From: Rotaria socialis
Taxonomy: Eukaryota
Assembly (NCBI GenBank): GCA_905331295.1
Contig: CAJNYD010000596.1
Location: 191,345-255,344 of the forward strand
Direction of reading: 5' to 3'
DNA length: 64,000 nucleotides
Under the pieces are notes generated by a model that saw nothing but the letters and a program-made list of their open reading frames with translations, was not told the DNA's origin and did no database searches. Both the position numbers and the translations under genes were made by a program. This document shows, one piece after another, positions 1 to 12,884 of this stretch. The stretch's first letter is position 1. Each line of letters opens with the position of its first letter.

Positions 1-503
1 TTTTTGTGATAAATGATAACGAGAACTATTTTGGATAGTTCAGTCCTGTATATTCAAATCAACATAGAAAAATAACATGAAAAATTATGGAGTCAATGTA
101 GTTTGTGCGATTTATCAAAAATCATAAAGTACGTGCCATCTTGAAGCTTTTAATTTTGTTTATAAATAAATATGGCATGCAGAATATCTGTATCGATGCT
201 TTTGCTTTCAACGATACTCCTTTACAATATATTGGCAGAACTGATAGTATGCATCAAAGTTTAGTCATAAGAAAGTGCACGCATCAGTAATTCAAATTCT
301 ATAATGCTTTATCTATTCAGATGAGTATTCATTGATGTTTTAAGATAGAAAAGTAGGAACACGGGGAATGATCAACAAATGCAAAGTCCTATTTATTTTA
401 TTATTTTGTGAGACATTCGCAAGCTGTTGAGCTCGATAGTTGTCGATGAATCAAAGGAAAATGATGAGTAAATGCAAGTCACCCTATTTTTTCGTAACAT
501 ATC

Positions 504-1211
504 CAGAGATGTCATAATATCCTAACACCGGGTATCGTCGACATACCAGTCACGATATCCATTCAAGTGGATATCTAAAATGGATACTATAATGAATGCC
601 CATGTTCCTCATAGCTGAGGAATTTGAGTGCATTTGGTGTAACGAGAATGGGTATCCATTTTTATGTATCCTCAGAACTCAGGAATTTGAAAGCATTTGG
701 TGTAACGAGATTGGGTATCGGAAATGGATACCCTATTCTCGAAATACGTGACTTTATAATTATAAATAAGGAAACGTGATACTATGTTAAAATTTATTCT
801 ATTCATGTAGTCCGCTTTATGCCAATTTTTATCGATATGTACAGATCTGTTTAACGAGTATTGCAGATAGCGTGCAATTCCAGGTAAATGTTCGTTGAAG
901 AACTTCATTTTTACCTGATAACAATTTATTACGACGTTCATCACAATGACTCAAGGAAGTCGGGTTGAAACTGTAGCATGCTGTGTAGTTGGTGTTGTTG
1001 TGGATCGTCACATGTATGTTATTTGAATTGTGGCTTATATTAATTTGTTTGAAGTAGGACCTGACAGTAGGAAAATTTCCGATACTCAATCTCGTTACAC
1101 CAAATGCACTCAAATTCCTCAGCTCTGAGGATACGTAGATATCCATCCAACTGGGTATCCTATCTGGGTATTCATCTCGATACCCAAGTTGTGGATATTA
1201 TGACATCCCTC
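504..1211. mobile_element. MITE-like non-autonomous TIR element
   Basis: Terminal inverted repeat agagatgtcataatatcc (505-522) / ggatattatgacatccct (1193-1210), 1 mismatch. Sub-terminal ~50-bp inverted pair (gctgaggaatttgagtgcatttggtgtaacgaga ~614-650 vs its reverse complement ~1090-1125) and many ggtatcc/ggatacc motifs. No clear TSD. Confidence 0.7.
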
Positions 1212-2659
1212 CAGTATCGCGACTTTCGTGAATAGTGGAACTGTGAGGGAACCTATAGTTGATTCGCATTTCCTTTAGGAATTACCACAGCGACACTGAC
1301 AATTCCTCGGCACATTGGGAATTCCTATTTCTCAGTCATTGGACACTGCTGGTTCACGATAATAAACATTTGAACACATGGAAGCGATTTCCTCTTTTGA
1401 ATAACAAAACAAAAAAGAAATCATATTTTTTATGATTTTTTCATTTAAGTGGCATTCTAAAAATTTACTGTAGAACAAATAGTTGTAAATGTGTAACAAT
1501 GAAATTATTTTCTCTTCTGCGCGTTAACGTATTATATGAATAAGTGAGGAAATAAAAAGAAAAAAGATTACTCTGTTCAATTCTATTATAATATTTGATG
1601 CACAACTTCTGATGCATAGTTGCTGATGTAGAACGAACGACTATGAGAACAGCCATCGTAGCTGTCTAATTTTAACCTTGAGACATGTGTTTGTGATATT
1701 CACTGTTTTGTGTGTACTACGAAGCTTGTCAGATGAAGATTTATGTGTTAATTGCAATGAGTGACATAATCTCTTTGACGTATTTTAAATAAAATTTTCG
1801 TTCCGTAACTTAAGAAAGATGTTTGATAATTTTAACATTGAAATTTGAAGAAATATACAACAATGCATTGGGTATTCTATTATACACCATAAACGAACTT
1901 TTTTCATATTCTTAACCTGTGTTGATCTCAAGATTTGTCCCACAGCTCATGACTTTCTTACTTCAGAGCTTCAAGAAACTGATGCACTTGAGCAAGACGT
2001 TGCTACTAGAAATATAAGTTGGGTTTGCAGACTTAGATGCAGCTGTTATCATATGCACCCACACCCCGAAGCGAGAAACATTTACAGATGCTTATCAATA
2101 TCTCCTTTATGATTTTTCGTTTCGTCTTATGATTGAGGATATGGAAAAGCATCTATGGCGATATAAATATAGATTTCTCTTTAAAGTGAACGATTTCTAT
2201 AGAAGAAGCTATTGGATATTTATTTTTCACAGCCATGTTTGAATTAGTGTCGGAGGTGTGCTTGCCTTTTTTCGGGTAAAAGCACTTCTGCTGATAAAGG
2301 AGCAATTTCCTGATTTTTGGGATGCGGGCCAGCCCTCACTATAGAGTCGATCAATACTCATATTCATATATAATTGGATTCACTTGAAAAAATATATCTG
2401 AGTATGATTTCGCAGCTTAATTATTGGCACTTTCAAAGCTAATCAATACGAGTATGAGAAATAGAAGATCTTCTTTATTCATTAAGCATGCACTATTTTA
2501 TTGAAATTTTGCTTGGTAAGAGATAACTATAATTTTCTGTTAAATTGTCTGCTTTTATTTCCTTAAATAAATCAAATACTGTGATAAATTTTGATCGGAG
2601 AGGTCACTGTAAAAGCCAAAAATATTACAGATTATCAAGTTTTGTTAATTTTCCAAATT

Positions 2660-4166
2660 TTATATCTCTACTAGCTCTAAGTCATGATTCGAATCACCAA
2701 TGACCAGACATTGCCGATTGACTACAGCGATGGTATTGCCTGAATATTCTATAGCAATGATGCTTTTCTTTCCAGGCACTGAAACGCAATGAACACTTCT
2801 TTGTCCAGTAGTAATAAAAAATTGGTTGTATCCGTCTGTACGAATCTGTACCAAACCAGTACAGCTACCTAAATCTTGTGATTTGAGACGCTTCATATCA
2901 AGATCTAAGACATTGATCTGCACTACTTCCCCATTATTTTGTGGACGAGTATTAATCGATGCTACGCAGTTATTTGCCACAGAAAAACTTATTCCACGTC
3001 TGAACGAATCTGGTATCGATCCTCCGAATTTAATCGTACGCGTATGTTCAAAAGTGTTTGAATAGATTTCAATGGAATCGGAACCACGCTTACCAGGATT
3101 AAGCCATACCCACAGATCATTATCATTTGCCGCCACGCGTACATCGTCCCAAGTATTGCTTCGAATCGCATGTAGGATTTTGAACTTCCCGTTATTATAC
3201 TCGACCGTATAGACTCCTTTGTTGGTAGCACAAACAAATCTGTCGATAGTTTTCCAGTAGATCATGTCAAGAACACGCGGTTGATACCAAACACGATGTG
3301 GATCTTCTTCTTCATTGTTTCCCAAATGGCAGTAGGCAATTATATATGGAGTGTCAGTACTTGTGTACATCACGTTGAATCCGTCACTAGCCAAGCAATC
3401 GACCGGATATGTTGTTGAAATAAGGTCAACTGGTAAGCTTTCATCTGCAAGAGAATTTTCGTTCCATGGACTTAAGTTAATCGGATCATCTTTGGCTGCT
3501 GTCTCATTGTTATCATTGAATGGTGTTGTTAAGCAAGATTGAACTAAGCCTTCTGTATTTATAGTTGGACCAATAATGCTTTCGAATTGCAATTCACCTT
3601 TGGGTGTTATCTCTGGCAGATCCAATTTTTTAGTAATCACTAGCTTATTTAGATCTAGCTCAATTGTACCAAGCTCTTCCAATATGTTAGCCGTTCGCGT
3701 TGGCTCATAAATGATTTGTTTGGTAAGACCTTGAATGTCAGCAGATACCACTTGTAAGTTCGACAGAAGCTTTGAAACACGAGCCTATAAAATGAATTTC
3801 AAAAACTCGAACAATGAGGAAACTAAAATATGTGAACATTACCTGGCCATCTTTTCTTGATTGTTCAATATTTTCAACAACAGTCTTTTTCGTCTCGAGT
3901 AATCTACTATACCAGTGGTCAATTTCAATGACTGTTTGTAACGCTTCATTCTCAATCATCTGCTGTTTTGCCTTGCACAGTTCTTGCACTTCATTAAATC
4001 GATGGGAAAGTTGAGTGATATTTTGAAGCAACTCATCATGGTGCTCTTTGATGCAGTCGAAGCAAAGTGCCTTCGAACAATGATTACATCGACACAGAGA
4101 CGAACGCGTTCGACTATATGTTTCAGTGCATCGTACACAAGCTTCGACATGCAGAGCAGTAGCCAT
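2660..4166 (-). CDS. B-box-like Zn finger + coiled coil + C-terminal beta-propeller-like domain (TRIM/NHL-like architecture), 2 exons
   Basis: ATG at 4166 (MATALHVEACVRC...CRCNHCSKALCFDCIKEHH). A GT-AG intron at 3842-3785 joins RKDGQ|ARVSKLLSNLQVVSADIQG in frame with the 363-aa ORF. The C-terminus is rich in short hydrophobic beta-strand segments. Confidence 0.75.
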
Positions 4167-4858
4167 ACTCGTTTCTTTATGCAACCATATAGTTCTGAAG
4201 ATAAAAACTGATAAAGGCAGTGGATATCGATGAGGTCTTCAAACACAGCAGATATGGTTCCTCGTGAGGGTACGGATTGGTGAGCGTGAGTGGGCCTGTA
4301 AATGTATCTTCCTTTAGCGTGCACTCCCAATCCTACACTGATCAAAAAAGCGCCGAATGATAAACGTTAAAAGCGTTTATGAAAATGCAACATATGATAT
4401 ACCTTTTTCAACCGTTTAGTAGCATGCGATAAACCCTCTTATCTACCCATAAAAAGACGAAATAAAAAGGTTTATCAAATGGGTACACCACGTGCCGAAA
4501 GGTTTATCATAGTGTTTATACGACTGAACAACTTTAAAAGGGTGTATCATACGTTGCATTCTCATAAACCCTATCGAATGTGTTAGAGAGTACTCTAACA
4601 AGCTATTTATTTATTTATTCTTATACATTCTTGTTTCGTCTTTATACTTTATGCATTTCTTATACGTGTAATCCAACTCGAGATGCACATACATCAACCG
4701 CTCTTTTTCATTCTTTCTTTCCTCCCATGCATGACGACGTAAATAATGGCATCGTTTCCTCGACTGAAATTTTAAGTGCATTTATAGAATGATGCACCAT
4801 CATCTTTATATACAAAATAGTCTAGTCGAAGAAACAAAAGCCTTTTCTTCCTTTGTTT

Positions 4859-4889
<31 letters not shown>

Positions 4890-5712
4890 TGTGTGGGTTG
4901 TACAGTATAAATAGGAAAAAAAAAGAATAATGAAGAAAAGATTAAGATTCGGATTAGGAACGGAAAATAGGAAATTTGTTGTTGATTGGTTAAATAGAAA
5001 CATAAATTTATATTTTGTGAATTGATTTAAGTTACAGTGGGGCCTCTGTAACATTTTCTATCTCAGTTTTTTCAATATCTTCATATTAAACACAAAAATG
5101 CATGTTTATCATTCCTCATTTTTGCTGTCATTATTATCTACACTGCTATGTTGTAAAAATCAAACACATTCGCTAATATAAAAATATCGATGATCAAATA
5201 AGACTACTTACCAGCCGATATCAAAATGCTTATTTTTTAATGTGAGTCTGCAAGAAGTATTACTTTGTATATATAGGGGTTACATATTTTTTCTTTTTTT
5301 CTAACATAAAATGTTGGTATGATGGAAAAAGGAAGAAAGGAGAAATGTCGAAGAAAATGATGGAAAATATCGAAAGGGAAAATATCGAAAGGAAAAGAAA
5401 GTCCTAAGAGACCGCCATAATAGAATGAGTAAATATTTCTCGTTTGATTGGCTCCTATCATTTAACTTGCTCATAATTTAGTCGAAGATACACTAATTGG
5501 TTTTCATTATTTTAGATATAATGACTACTGTCTAATGCAATTTCATTCGGTAAGTCTCAAAAGAGGAAAAAAACCCTGAATATCGACAATTACATCTTTA
5601 AATTGAATAAAACGACAAGTACAAAAGAAAGATTACCGATGTGTAGATCCACATTGTACTGTAACCGTACATACAGATGTTGATGATGTTATGTTAAACA
5701 TTAATGGTGACA

Positions 5713-7140
5713 ACTCTCTAAAAAAAGGTATTCTCGGAAACTCAAAATAGGTTTCCGATAGTAACAAAATCGGAAACCCTTTAAGGGTTTCCCAGACACG
5801 GTTTCCGAGGTCTCGGAAACCGAAAAACCAAATAAAAATTTTCTTCGGATACCAATATCGGAAACGAATTAAAGGTTTCCGAGATTTCATTCGTCCCGTC
5901 CTGCATCGATAATCACCAGATCGCTATTGCCCGGGCAGATCGTTACGCCCACCGGAAGCTGCAGAAACCGACAGGAAAACGCCTGAAGATTACCGTACCC
6001 TGTAGGGAAACACACGTCATCGCTGTAACATGGAAGCAGTATCCCACCCGTAAATTTTTCCAAGTTTTTTCTCATGATTTCCGGTGTATCTTGCCGAAAA
6101 ACACAGCAAGTTGGTCAGAACTGATCAGAAAAAAATCTAGAGAGTTTGTGACTGGGACACTGCTACCATGTTACAATGAGATCATCTGTTTTACGACAGG
6201 ACACAGTGACTTTCAGGCATCTTTTCTGTCAGTGTCTCCAGGACCTAGTGGATAGAACATTCGACATGGGACGTTGGATCTAAAAAGAAATAACATATTT
6301 CATCGGCTTTTTACTTTCAAAAAATCGAACTCACCATAACCATTAACATTTGCTCATCTAACAATTGATCTAAACTGAAACAAAACAAACAAGTAGCCAT
6401 TGCCACTTCGACTCACTTAACCCACGACTGCACAATGCAGACGCATTTTCTGTGGATACGGATATCGATAGGACTGTTCTATTAATTCTGTCCCTCAATA
6501 GCGATGGAAATTTCTCTCGAATTCTAAATCTAAAAGAAAGCACATCATCAATGCCCACATCATCTTCAATTATTACACTCCTCTGCTGCAAAAAATACTA
6601 CCAGATTATGAAATGATAATATATACTCAGCCAATCTATACACGAATCCGAGAAAAACATTTCAATATAAGGATAAAAAAATCTCATTTCCGATCAGTCC
6701 AATTTCTGACCGATGGAAACTTGAATCAAAAAAATGATGACGGATTCTGATTCTTGGACCTCGATAACCTATTTCAAGCTTTCATCAAAATTGAGAACGG
6801 AGTTGAAATAAAATGTGTAACTTTGTAGTCTGTACAATTTGGATCTCCCAAGGTTGATCGCAGAAAATGTCCTTCTGAGATATTTTGAACTTGGATCATG
6901 TTCTATTTCTGAAATATTGAACATTTCAGAAATATGAAAACCTTTTACAAATTAAAAAAACTCGGAAACCGATTTTGGTTTTCCAGAATACTTTTTTGAC
7001 ATTCATTAGACTTGGAAACCGAAAAGGTATTTTTGAAAACGCTTCGAGTCCTCGCAAACCCTTTCTGGAACCCTTTCAGGTTTCCGAGAGGGTTTCCGAA
7101 TCGGTTTGAGTTTTCTAGGAAAAGTTTTTTTTTAGAGAGT
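5713..7140. mobile_element. Nested MITE with ggaaacc/ggtttcc sub-terminal arrays
   Basis: Ends actctctaaaaaaa (5713) / tttttttagagagt (7140). Inverted sub-terminal arrays of cggaaacc/ggtttccg at 5735-5885 and 6960-7110. Confidence 0.65.
5930..6270. mobile_element. Short palindromic MITE (CCC..GGG-ended family), nested
   Basis: Internal inverted pair catggaagcagtatccca / tgggacactgctaccatg. The same ggaagcagtatt-like core is seen at 20038-20304. Confidence 0.5.
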
Positions 7141-7764
7141 ACGTGCACATTGTTTTTATTTTCAGAAATTTTAACTTTCGATATTTTTCTCTTTCGACGT
7201 TCTTTCTTGCCTATATTTTATTTTCGATATTTTTCTTCGACATTTATGCTTTCGATATTTTTCCTTTCTTCCTTTTCGCATCCATTCAAAATGTTTACCT
7301 GAGTCAATGAAGTGTGACTCTAATTTCGCTACTTCTTATTTTCGCATATCAAAACATTGTTTAATGTACGCCGCAAGTTCACCAACTAAGTGATCCATAT
7401 TTTCCTTTCGGTTGTGACCAGTGCAAAAAAACAATGGGTATCTTACTATTTCTTTTCATCAAGTTAGCGCGTGGGTGACTGTATAAAATAATATTAACAA
7501 AATCCAGATCCTCGCACCGACATCCTAAGAAACCATTTTTGAAGCAAAAGATCAAATAATCAACCCCTGTGTGTAGAGTAATAAACATTACCGATCAAAC
7601 AGTAGAACAATCAATCTCTGTACATAGGATGATAAACCGTTTCAACGAAAGAGTGGAAAGATCAACCACTATACGATGAACAATGAATTTCTTTCAACAA
7701 AAGAGAAGTAGAATCAACCATCAATCGACGATGAAACTATACCTTGAGATGCCAAGGTAGATAA

Positions 7765-7980
7765 CCCAGTCAGACAAGTAACGGAAAAATCGATGCTTTT
7801 ATGCGTTAAAAGCACACATTTTAACGCGTTAAAAAATACTTTTTTGTGAGAAAAAAACGAATCGATACATTTTAATGCTTTTAAACTTGTTTTTAGTCAA
7901 AATAATTTTTTTTTAACACGTTAGAATGTGCGCTTTTAACGCATAAAAACATCAATTTTTTCGGTACTTGTCTGACTGGA
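7765..7980. mobile_element. Fold-back MITE (~215 bp, almost fully palindromic)
   Basis: ccagtcagacaagtaacggaaaaatcgatgcttttatgcgttaaaagcacacattttaacgcgttaaaaaa is matched by its reverse complement ending gtacttgtctgactgg at 7979. Confidence 0.8.
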
Positions 7981-8751
7981 AAGCTAATATTTGTCAGTAG
8001 AATAAAAAAACCTGCCAATGAAGAGGCATATAATCAAGCATTCACGTACAGTACGAAACCCTTTTTTTTATTAAGATGTAGATGAATCAAGTGTTGAACA
8101 TGGAATACTAAACCCTTAACAGGAATTGCCAGCAGAATCTACCCTTAGGCGTAGAATAATGAACTGTTTCTGAGAAAGGGTACTCACTCTACCCAGAAAG
8201 GCAGAGTGATACACCCTTTTAACGAAAAAAAGAAAGTAGTAAACCCGATAACGAAGAATAAAATACCCCTACTTTGAAAGCGAACAGCAATCTACTATCA
8301 TTCGTTGAAGGATATACTCTTATCTTAAAATCGTAGAATAATGAATCCTTATGTACCCATCATATACCTCTTGAGTTTTCGTAAACTCATAGCGTCATAA
8401 GCCCTTCGATTAATAAATGCTAAAAGGGTTCATCATATCGGAATAAACTCTTCAAGGGTTTAATGGCGACTTTTTTAAATGCAGGGGTAGCTCATTACCT
8501 GGATTTTTTATCAGTGTAACCAATTGTTTGCTTTGTGCATAAAAAGTCATTGAACGACTAAGAACAGCTTATGAGTTACTGATGGGCTCAATATGTTTGA
8601 CTAATATCATATTCATTTTAGACTTTGTTTTTTATGAATAGTAAAATATTAATTTGTACTGTTGTATGACGTTGAAAAAAAAAATAAAAATCTAACTAAC
8701 TAATTAATGAATAGCATGAAGTATTGCCAAATGAAAAGTAGGAAAGGAAGT

Positions 8752-10142
8752 TTAACTGCTGATGATACCATTGATCCAAGGTAAATAAGCTGATACTCGA
8801 GTATAAACAACCGGGATTTTGTGATCTAGTACTTCACACTGTCTGTGACCAAAACTAGTCACACCTTCGATTACCCATTGTCCATCGTGTAGTTGAAGTG
8901 CAGGACCACCGCTATCACCTTGGCACGAGGATGATGTTAATTTCGGATCCCTGAAGCAAAGCTGTTTTTCACCATTAATATCTGACCAGAATTCTTTGCA
9001 ATTATCAATGACAAGAACCTCTGTTTGTTTCAATACAGGAGAGAGTTCTCCACCTGTACTTACCGTACCCCAACCGATTAAAACTACTTCAGAATCAGGT
9101 TTAGGATCAGGACCAGGCAAACAAACTGGTTGTATATATTCATTGAAGTTAACAGGCTCACTAAGGCGAAGAATAGCTATATCATTTTCAATTGTGTCCG
9201 AATTCCAACCTGGATTAACAAAGATCTGTGAAACACTTCGCTGTTCCCATTTATTTGCCTTTTCATCAGCATCGTCCTTATTATGAATTCCGGCTGTGAT
9301 AGTTATTCCCTTTGGATCATTGGAATTGAGGCAGTGAGCAGCTGTCAAAACATAATCTGCACTTATCAACGAACCACCACAATTACTTGTGCAATATCCC
9401 GCCTGAGGTCCACAAGATACTGATTCTTGATATAAAATTTGCTAATAATTGTAAAAAATATTCGAAATTTATTAACTTTAATTAGACACTTACCCATGGC
9501 CATGAATGTGGCACAGCTTCATGACCACCAACAATACGTCCACCGAACTGTGGCGCATTTTCTTGACGACCACATGTATCACTCTCGATTGGACGTGAAA
9601 AATCGACTCCCTCTGGCTCATCATGGAGCGATCGTTGGAAAAAGTATGGAAGATACTGCAGTTGCATCCAGCTACGTCGAGTGTTTTCAAACTTGTTCGA
9701 GTTACTTCCATCTTTGTATGCTCTTACTGAGCCAATTGCTTTCATCCATGGATCAGCAACTATAAGTACAAATGATAACAATAAAAATTCACCGAAAAAC
9801 GTTTATGAATGAATTGTATGCAATAACCAAAGGAAGTCATGCATGGAAATCTATATCGGACAAAATTGTAAGCAAGCAATACTCATGCCAATACCGTCTA
9901 CTCATATTATGTAACAAAACAGATCATTCTCACTTACATTTTCGCTCATTTAATGATTGACTTGCTAATGCATTGTTCCATAGTTGTTGTTTTTGTTTTT
10001 GTTTTTGTTGATTATTCGTGTAAAAATCTCGTTTCTTGAACATTTTTTCACGGAAATCTTGAGTAGTATCATATCGACTTTGAACTATTGTTATACACCA
10101 AACGACGAGGAAGACAACAGTAATTAAGTTTGTCCAACGCAT
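8752..10142 (-). CDS. Secreted chymotrypsin-family (S1A) serine protease zymogen, 3 exons
   Basis: Signal peptide MRWTNLITVVFLVVWCITIVQS. Introns 9937-9760 and 9493-9442 restore the frame. Activation site R|IVGG, HSWPWQ, CGGSLI and catalytic TAAHC / NDIA / GDSGGP are all present. Confidence 0.93.
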
Positions 10143-10902
10143 GCCTATCGGAGAACGACACAAAGGTGTTCGAATAGAAAAAATGTTTTCTTTATTATAG
10201 TGTTGAAACTGGAACTTGAATGTTGGTAATATGTAGTTTACTTGTAATATTTATAGGTGAGCAAAAAGGAAATGAAAAAACAAACCATTCATATTCTTAA
10301 TAAATGTTTTAATGAAAGAAAACAATTTGAAACAAGAAACATAGTTTTTAATTGCAAAGTTTATCTATAGTTTTTGGACACGCTTCAGTGTTGTCTATGT
10401 CTTGTAATAAAGATAAACATCGATTTGGAGGCGTTTCAATTATGAACTAACAATCTATCAGTTACTAATTAAGTCATGCCAATATAGTATGTCATGTGCC
10501 GTTTTCATCAATACTAATTAATAGAAACAACAAGCAGGGGAAAAGTTTTTTTATTTTCAATTTTAGCGGTAACCACTGCTCAGGCTTCCAAAATAGCAAA
10601 CGTCCTTATTTTGAAAATCTCTAACATACTTTAATAGTACGCTTTGTCTTCATACAAAAAACAAATCACAACAGTAATATGGCGCAATTTTTCGAGCAGC
10701 TTATGAACTCTGTATGGCTCAATTATTTTTCACTCATTTCTTATTATTGCTAGGCTGTGGGTGTGATTACCCATTCGTAACTTTATCATTTATTAATATT
10801 CGATTTAAATAGAAGTCAACATGATAAATAAAATACGACCAAGATGTCTCAATTTCGATTATAAACTTTATTTAGCAAATCAATACAAAAAAAAGCAATA
10901 AA

Positions 10903-11784
10903 CTAAGATGCTGTTCTTTTATTCAGATGTTCTTCATCATCCTCATCATCACCTTCTTCTTCGCTTTTGCGTTTTTTTATTTTCATCGATCGTTCCCATC
11001 GATCTGTTATTTCCTTTAATAATTCGTCCAGATCGTCTATGTCCTTCTTTATTTGACCCTTACTGTTTTTTGGCCGCACCAATATCCATTCACCATTTTC
11101 ATTTTCTGGTAGATCTTTTTGATTATAAAGTTTTACATTTCCAACGCCTTTTTTCGCATTTCGAAGCATCTTTGCAATTTGTTCACTTGTACTCGATGTG
11201 ATCATATTGATGTAAACATCGTGTTGTGTTTCTAATGTTGCAATATAGCCTTTTCTACCAATGAATCTACCACGTTGCAGTCGTTTCTTATCGTCGACTG
11301 GCAAAGTTTCTTGCAATAGATCTTCAGACTTATATGGTAAAAATACAAATTTTCCGGTTTTAGCTATTTTTTTCGGCTTCGTTTTTGGTTTGGATGGGCG
11401 CACTTTAACAGGTATGACCGATTCGCTTGAACTACTAGAATCATGTTCAGAATTATTATCCAGTTCAATATTGAATAATAAATTTGAATCGGAAGTTCGA
11501 TTTTCTCTGATAAAATTTTCTAATTTATTTAATGATTGAATAAGCTTGGGATTGCCGTTTTTATCTCGATCTATTTGATCAGTAAGTTTTTTTAAATTTA
11601 TTAGTTTATCTTTTCCATCAAGAATAACAGTTATTAATGTTTGATTATCAACATTAGCACATGTACAACATTGATGTGGCATAGTTCGTAATACATTTAC
11701 AGGTATACGATTTTCATTCCGAAGTTCATTAACAACAGCATGAAATAAGCCACGATAACGTGCATTGTGCACTAAGCAAGTCAT
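10903..11784 (-). CDS. Intronless 293-aa protein with putative KH-type GxxG motif and basic NLS-like segments
   Basis: Clean ATG-to-stop ORF. RGRFIGRKG followed by helix and strand (IATLETQHDVYINM) resembles a KH domain. N-terminal C/H cluster. Confidence 0.65.
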   Translation of the reverse strand: MTCLVHNARYRGLFHAVVNELRNENRIPVNVLRTMPHQCCTCANVDNQTLITVILDGKDKLINLKKLTDQIDRDKNGNPKLIQSLNKLENFIRENRTSDSNLLFNIELDNNSEHDSSSSSESVIPVKVRPSKPKTKPKKIAKTGKFVFLPYKSEDLLQETLPVDDKKRLQRGRFIGRKGYIATLETQHDVYINMITSSTSEQIAKMLRNAKKGVGNVKLYNQKDLPENENGEWILVRPKNSKGQIKKDIDDLDELLKEITDRWERSMKIKKRKSEEEGDDEDDEEHLNKRTAS

Positions 11785-12884
11785 TGGTTATTTTCAGCAA
11801 GTGACGAATGAAAAATATTCGAAGAAAAATCCTATATATAAAAGAAAATATTGTGCAATTACATTATGTTTCACCATCACACGCGATTTCGAATGAAAGA
11901 ATATGAATCACTGCAAATTACCCAAGTAGTGGGGAAAAATTAACGTCAACATAGATAAGTAGTGATTTATATCCTAACGAATTATAAGAAAGATATATGA
12001 CAGATTGTTTTAGAAATTATTCGTGGACGTTAAATTGGCTGTCATTTCGTAATTTTGATCTTGCACAATAAACGTTTGTGTTGGTTTGTTTACGGAAATA
12101 AATATTTGCTCCGACTACGCAAGTTTATCATCGTTCCATTTGGGTAACAACGAGTAAATAATAAACTAGTAGGATTGATCTACGACTATGCAATATTTTT
12201 TACTTATTTGCCACCTGAAATGCGGCTGATAATGTTTGAGAAGATTTTTCATAAAAATAAAGTTTTTTCAACGATTTATCATATATAATCGAAGAGCAGC
12301 ATTGATTCATAGTAATTAGGATTGTCCAACAGTAGCATAGTGTCAGTGGCTCAATCGATATAATATATTTTGTCTGGAGATGCAGAAAAGTTTTTAAAAT
12401 ACTTGACTACAAAATCGTTTTGATGCAATTGAATACGAAAACTCCTACGGACCACCTCACCAACATCTGTCTGCGTAGTATTGTGACCGAAATAGTACTA
12501 GATCTCAAGTAATTTATGATGCTATATTAGTGATCAATGAATTAAAGAGAGCATTCGTTCATGCTGTCAATGATAAAAGCATGATGTTGCATCTACAACC
12601 AAAGTTAAATAACTTTCAATACGCGTAGGGCAATTTACAATTCATCAAGAGTAACATAACGGTAATACAACGTGAGCAACAGATGTTTGACCTCGCCAAG
12701 TTTTTAAATAGGACAAATAATTAAAGTATGTCCCTTTTATAATATCATTTTTCATGTGAACGAGTGTGACATCTATGAATGATTGAATAATGACTGGCCA
12801 ACAGATACAAACTCTTTTCTACTTCATATATAATTTAATAAACGGAAGATTGAATCGACAAGACGAATTTCTTCATCTAAAACA

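Larger units (their letters stand above)
5278..7299. mobile_element. Outer degenerate TIR element with aaatatcgaaa/tttcgatattt sub-terminal repeats, hosting nested elements
   Basis: Array gaaaatatcgaaagg at ~5340-5395 is mirrored by the tttcgatattttc array at ~7175-7275. Ends ggttacatatttt / aaaatgtttacc are loosely complementary. Confidence 0.45.

Noticed and set aside
672..1146. ORFs of 90 and 105 aa
   Set aside because: They lie within the MITE at 504-1211 and have no recognisable protein features.
4860..4895. (TC)n/(TG)n tract and other (TA)n, (GA)n runs
   Set aside because: Ordinary microsatellites.
4335..8518. tacactgat...aaaa and ttttatcagtgta as ends of one 4-kb element
   Set aside because: Short match only, with unrelated sequence between; likely ends of two independent fragments.
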